Of a DNA stretch of 64,000 nt, positions 58,545 through 64,000 are shown piece by piece. The translations under genes and the position numbers were made by a program. This DNA comes from Eledone cirrhosa (Eukaryota): NCBI GenBank assembly GCA_964016885.1, contig OZ024760.1:5704001-5768000 (forward strand), given 5' to 3'. The number at the start of each line of letters is the position of its first letter. Position 1 is the stretch's first letter. The notes below the pieces were generated by a model. That model ran no database searches. It was not told where the DNA came from and saw only the letters and a program-made list of their open reading frames with translations.

Positions 58545-61007
58545 TTAATTAGGTTTATAATATTTAAATGTTTTTTTTAGTTTATGATTACACGATATAA
58601 TTAATTCCTGTCTTTTATTTAATAAGATATCCCTAGACTTCATTATTTCAAATAGTTCTTGGGAACATAATCTACATTCCTTTCTATTATTTTGATAAGG
58701 GGTGGCTCTTTTGAGCACACTCCAGGTCAAATCATATTTTATATTTTTATTTTTATAACTATTGATTTTTTCTGCTAGAGATGTTGTATTAGCCAGTGCG
58801 GCATTTTTAAAGCTATGTTTGTGGGTATTATACCTTGTCTTAAAATTGTTAGAGGTAGCTCCTATATATGAGCAAATAGAATCTTTAGTTTTAACATTAC
58901 ATTTATAGACTATGTTGTTAACAAGACAATTCCCTTTTAATGGGCAGTTTGTTTTGTTTCTACAGTTACATCCTTTCGTTAATTCTGTATTTGAGGAGAT
59001 ATTATTGTTAATTTGATGTACTGGTGGTATACTTATAGTTTTCTTACATTTATATGCATTATATGCACTTATATTTTGTTTTATGTTATTTGTTGTAGAA
59101 TATGAGAATTTAACTGTAGACCTATTTAAGATTTGATGGTATTTGTGGTTTGGCGGGAAGTTTTTCTCAAGGATATAAAAAAATTTTTTAGCAATATTAT
59201 CCTTAACTTGTAAATTAAAAGGAGCATTATACCAAGTAACTCGTCTATTACGGTTTCTATGTTGTTTATTATTTTTATTATTTTTATATGTTGTATCATG
59301 ATTTTTACTAGGAGGAATAATGTTAATGATCTCACCACAACTATTTTTAGTTATATTTGTAGATTTAGGTGTTTTATCTTTTTTATTAGGAGTTTTATTA
59401 TTAATATTTATTATAGTCTTATGATGAGTAGTTTTTTGAGGGTTACTATACTTTATATTAGAAGATTTAGTATTTTGGGGTATACTGTGGGTGGCATTTA
59501 GGTGTGTACCTTTCATTTGGTGTTTGTTGGTAATATTATGCTGTATGTTTTCAGTATTTTTAGTAGAAGTTATATACTCTAATCTATTTTTGTGGCCACT
59601 TCTATCTAGAGCTTCATTATAAAAGGTCGCATTTTTATCAAATACATCTTGGTTAGAAGAAAGGTTAGAAATTCTAAGTGATATATTATATGCAAGGTTT
59701 TTAAGGATAGATTTAGGGTGATTAGATTGTGAGTGTATGTAATGTAAGTTTTGGTTAGGTTTATGGTAAGGTTGGTATATACCCGTAGCTAAATCTAAAG
59801 TTATATCTAGGAAATTTACTACTTTACTTGTTTTTTCAAAAGTAATATTAAGATTATAATAGTCCTTAAGGAAAGTTCTAATATGCTTTTTGTTTTTTTC
59901 GATTTCTGAAAGGCTAAGGTTGTTAGAAAGAAGAAGACAGTCATCACGATATAAACCACCTTTGAGGTGGGGAAAAGAGGCATTTATGTTGAAAAGGAGA
60001 AAGAGGCCCACAAGATCAGTAATTTGGGCAGAATCGCTTGAACCCATAGTAATATCAAAAAGATTACTATAAGTGTTTCTGGTCCAGTATTCATTCTGAA
60101 ATTCAATAAGTGTTTGTCTAGCATGTGTAATAATGTTAATGTCATCCGAAGTTAAATTAGATCTATTTTTAGCAAATATTAATGCTTTGTTCAGGAGTAT
60201 GGGTGATATAGAAGAATAATAGTTATCTATATCAAACTGTAGGAAAGAAGCAGAAGATTTACACCTAATATTTTTAAACCAATTAATTACCTGGGAGGTG
60301 TTTTCCCAGAGTGGTAAAATAACGTATTTTCTTATTTGTGGGATGACTCTATCTAAAATTTTTTTGCTAATTATTCCAATATCTGATTTGGAGGGACATA
60401 TAAGTCTAATAGAAGGATTAGAGTTAAAGTTAGATTTGTGATCTTTCAGGTTGAAGTGTGGACTTCTCAATGCCAAAGGTTCAGTTCTATCTTCAATATT
60501 TAGTTTTTTTACTATGTTGTGTGTTTTGTTGTTGATATTGGTGAGTGACGCATTATTAGATTTTTTATAACTTTTTCTGAGTTCTTTATATATGAACTCA
60601 TTATAATGTTCAATATCCATATGATACAAGTTACCAGTTTTGTCCGAGTGGACATGGATTTTTTTAGACTTTTTTAGGTCCAATAGGGTAGAATCAAGGT
60701 CCTTTTGAAAGACGGATTTATACTTTTTAAATTTGAGATGTTTAATTAAATTAAAAAGGTCTTTCTCGAAGTCTTCAAGTAAAAAGTTGTGTGGTGGATT
60801 CTTGTAAGTGTTGAAATCATACATATATTTCCGATCTGCTTGTTTAGATTTTCTATCAAAGTGGTAGGCTCTCCATCTAACCCTTCTGATAAAATTATTA
60901 GTTTTCTGAATCATAAGGAGTAAGAAGTCGTCCTTAGAAGGTATTGGTATGTTTTTTAAGGAGGTTCCTAAATATTGTTTTTCCATTGTGATATGGATGA
61001 TGGACAA
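58545..61007 (-). CDS. PLE polyprotein: reverse transcriptase plus C-terminal GIY-YIG endonuclease (first ATG at 60986 gives 813 aa)
   Basis: SDKTGN, LKDHK, IRLICP, LQFDIDNYYSSI, ITMGSSDSAQITDL, GLYRDD, VNFLDITL and YIHSQSNHP RT motifs; CNCx5CPx3C linker; NIVY...YIG, R..TH, CRLC, LNKRQE...SCNH endonuclease motifs; no internal stops. Confidence 0.95.
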   Translation of the reverse strand: MSIIHITMEKQYLGTSLKNIPIPSKDDFLLLMIQKTNNFIRRVRWRAYHFDRKSKQADRKYMYDFNTYKNPPHNFLLEDFEKDLFNLIKHLKFKKYKSVFQKDLDSTLLDLKKSKKIHVHSDKTGNLYHMDIEHYNEFIYKELRKSYKKSNNASLTNINNKTHNIVKKLNIEDRTEPLALRSPHFNLKDHKSNFNSNPSIRLICPSKSDIGIISKKILDRVIPQIRKYVILPLWENTSQVINWFKNIRCKSSASFLQFDIDNYYSSISPILLNKALIFAKNRSNLTSDDINIITHARQTLIEFQNEYWTRNTYSNLFDITMGSSDSAQITDLVGLFLLFNINASFPHLKGGLYRDDCLLLSNNLSLSEIEKNKKHIRTFLKDYYNLNITFEKTSKVVNFLDITLDLATGIYQPYHKPNQNLHYIHSQSNHPKSILKNLAYNISLRISNLSSNQDVFDKNATFYNEALDRSGHKNRLEYITSTKNTENIQHNITNKHQMKGTHLNATHSIPQNTKSSNIKYSNPQKTTHHKTIININNKTPNKKDKTPKSTNITKNSCGEIINIIPPSKNHDTTYKNNKNNKQHRNRNRRVTWYNAPFNLQVKDNIAKKFFYILEKNFPPNHKYHQILNRSTVKFSYSTTNNIKQNISAYNAYKCKKTISIPPVHQINNNISSNTELTKGCNCRNKTNCPLKGNCLVNNIVYKCNVKTKDSICSYIGATSNNFKTRYNTHKHSFKNAALANTTSLAEKINSYKNKNIKYDLTWSVLKRATPYQNNRKECRLCSQELFEIMKSRDILLNKRQELIISCNHKLKKTFKYYKPN

Positions 61008-63079
61008 TTGAAAAAGCTCAACTAAATGTATATGGGTTTACAAAATCATACATATATATATGTATATACATAAATATAAAATTAATACACACATACAGTA
61101 CAAAAATACGAATATTTCCGTGAAAATAGGAGCAAAATTATGTAGATAAATCTACCAAGAGTTTACGGTAGTGTCCAATCCGTATGAAGAACTCAATGTA
61201 AAGACAGGAATTAATTATATCGTGTAATCATAAACTAAAAAAAACATTTAAATATTATAAACCTAATTAATAACATTATTCTAGAATTTAATTTAATTTA
61301 AATGTTAGTTAACCTATAAATTTAATTTAATTAATATTTTATTACAGATGAGAAAATATTATGTAATCATTAATTTTGAAAAACCTTTAAATATTACTAA
61401 TATATATTCAGTAATTTAATTTATAGATTAATTTTAACTTATTTTAACCTTTTATTATAATTTTTTAATTTAGTTTAACCTTTTATTATAAAATTTTTTT
61501 TATTATAATTCTTTTACAGATAAAATATAACAAAATAATATCATGTATCCTATGACGGAGAAAGAATTTTTAGTATTATTGACCTAATTAATATACATTT
61601 TGGAAATATATTTATTATTTGGTTTTAGCTTTAATCAACCTAAAACTTTAATTTTAATTTTAATTTGCTTAAAATTAGTATCCTTGTACAGACGAATTGC
61701 AGAATTTCATGTAATCATAGAATGGGAGGTGTTTTTGGATATATACCTAGTTAATATATTCTGTGCAAATTTTTTGAAAAAGATATGTATATCTATATGT
61801 ATATGTATATGTGTGTATTGTATGTGTATCTGTATGTATATTTATGTGACTATATATGTATGTATGTGTGTATATATATGTATATATATATATATATATA
61901 TGTGTATGTATATGTATATGTATGTGTATGTGTATGTATATGTATGTGTATGCGTATTAATTTTGATTTTTATTTGCATATAATTATATTATGCTATTGA
62001 TGAAATACAATATCTGCTTTATGTATTGTATACCTAATTAACATATACTAATTAACATATACTATTGAAATAAATATATAATTTTTAACTTAGTTAACAT
62101 ATAATTTATATGCTACTACCGATGTAATACTTTATTTTATTTTTATTTGGGTTTCTTTTCCCTATTATTAACTTTAATTTAGTTATAATGTAATTAATAA
62201 TCTACTACTGTTTGACTTCATAATTCTGCTTCAAATATTATAAACCTAACTAATTTACACCTTGGAAATCAATATGTTGACTATCTTTGGTTTAGTTGAC
62301 ATATGATTAATGGTATACTTTTTTATTTTGTGATGCATAGATTTCGTATTTCCTAGCATTGAAAATATGTAAGAACATACATTGAATTAAGATATGGAAA
62401 ATATTATAGGTTTCTTGAAACATATATTTACTTTGATCCCCTTCTCCAAACCCCCCCCTTTCCCCCATACTATTATCATCTGTTTTTGTAAGTGTATATG
62501 TATGAATATATGGGTAGATGGGTGTCTATATAGTTTTTTTGGTATTTATTTCTAGATATAAAAATACATATATGAGCATGTAAATATGAATGTAAGATTG
62601 AGTGTGTATATATGATTGTACATACATATGTATGTATATGTATGTATATATATGTATTATATATGTACGTATATGTGAATGTGTGGTATATATATGTGTA
62701 GGTATATGTATATATGTGTGCGTATGTGTATGCTTGTATATAGGAATATATATGTGTGTATATATGTATATATGTATATGCGTGTTTGCATGTATGTGTA
62801 TATGGGTTCTGTATATATTTGTATGTCTCTCTATTTATATGTTTATCTTCGTATCTATGTGATATATGTGTGTGTGTGTGCATGTATGCATATGTATGTG
62901 TTTGTGTGTGTTTGTATGTGTGTGTGTATATATATGTATGTATTTGCGCACACTCACATACACATATATATATATATATATATATATATGTGAGTGTGTA
63001 TGTGTGTCTGTATGTGTGTGCGTGTGTATATATGTGTATATATATATATATGTGTATGTATGTGTATGTGTGTGTATAT

Positions 63080-63119
<40 letters not shown>

Positions 63120-63258
63120 ATATAGGTGTCTATGTGTGAATATATGTCTTTATTCGTATGTGTGTATTTATATATGTTTATATTTAGGTGTATGTATGTA
63201 TGTGTATGTATGTATGTATATGTATGTGTATGTATGTATATGTGTATATGTGTGTATA

Positions 63259-63289
<31 letters not shown>

Positions 63290-63525
63290 TATTCTTTATT
63301 ATTATTGTAATATAACTTATGTGTATATGTGTATAAGTGAGGTTGTGTATGTATATATACTATGTGTATATATAAGGGTAATGAAATGTATATATATATA
63401 TATATATATATATATGTGCATGTCTGTATTTTATGTGTGTGTGTATATATATATATATATGTGTATGTGTGTATATATGTGTGTATATATGCATATATGT
63501 GTACGTGTGTGTATGTTTATATATA

Positions 63526-63557
<32 letters not shown>

Positions 63558-63672
63558 CATCTGGATGTTTGTATGTGTTTTCATGGTGGTATGAGTGTGG
63601 GATATATATGTTTATGTATAAGTATATGTATGTGTATGTATATATATATGAGTCTATGTGTGTGTGTGTATA

Positions 63673-63719
<47 letters not shown>

Positions 63720-64000
63720 ATGTGTGTATGTGTTGCGCGTGTGTGTGTCCGTATTTTTATCTTTTTATATGTGTATGTGTATGTTCGTGTAAATGTATGT
63801 GTGTGTATGACAGTATAGGTATGTGTGTATGTATGTATGTGTAGATATCTCTATGTGCGCGTACATGTACGTATGTGTATGTATATCTGTATGCGTATGT
63901 ACATTATATTATATGTAATATATTTTATTGTTTTTATTTTTTTATTTTTCATAATTTATAGATACATTTATATTAGGCTGTCTGGTCTGACAACCTAATA

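Larger units (their letters stand above)
55121..64000 (-). mobile_element. Apparently full-length Penelope-like (Naiad-like) retroelement at 55121-61200 with an upstream inverted 3' copy at 61201 to beyond 64000
   Basis: Intact ORF; 3.4-kb 3' UTR ending in a hammerhead; 61142-61200 repeats the 3' tail at 50259-50317; 61201-64000 is the reverse complement of about 55817-58614. Confidence 0.92.

Noticed and set aside
58545-61007. Selenoprotein-type Naiad (UGA recoding plus SECIS)
   Set aside because: The ORF has no in-frame UGA and the relevant positions are Cys; the same holds for the endonuclease remnant at 44120-44788
61600-61983. 127-aa ORF present on both strands (also 57832-58215)
   Set aside because: Duplicated PLE 3' UTR running into microsatellite; the frame is broken in the third copy near 53085-53260

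Overview
Repeat-dominated eukaryotic genomic DNA, most likely from a cephalopod (octopus-like); this is inferred from the tRNA-SINE types, their RTE-type 3' tails and the extreme (TA)n/(CA)n load. Almost all ORFs in the supplied track are microsatellite artefacts. Real coding signal is limited to one apparently intact 813-820 aa Penelope-like retroelement (PLE) ORF at 58545-61007 (- strand; RT with YRDD plus C-terminal GIY-YIG endonuclease, Naiad-like), two truncated PLE endonuclease remnants, three RTE-like LINE 3' fragments, and a few probable host exons (5631-5753 +; 27299-27426 and 26929-27103 -). The main finding is that most short unique 'islands' inside the (TA)n arrays look like ends of PLEs from at least six sequence-distinct families. 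Four families carry a complete type-I hammerhead ribozyme readable by eye (nine copies), mostly with a minimal palindromic stem III and a long stem II (about 115 nt in the autonomous family). Two more families retain only the 3' half of a hammerhead. These elements form fold-back insertions from about 130 bp to more than 8 kb, usually with an extra tail on one arm. The tails share a TTGAG(T) motif that coincides with the 5' boundary of the full-length copy. The autonomous family carries microsatellite blocks in its 3.4-kb 3' UTR and appears to have inserted into the (TA)n of a sibling copy. The rest of the window is SINEs, a TTAA-flanked piggyBac-like MITE, and satellites with 88/85, 27, 111 and 16 bp units.
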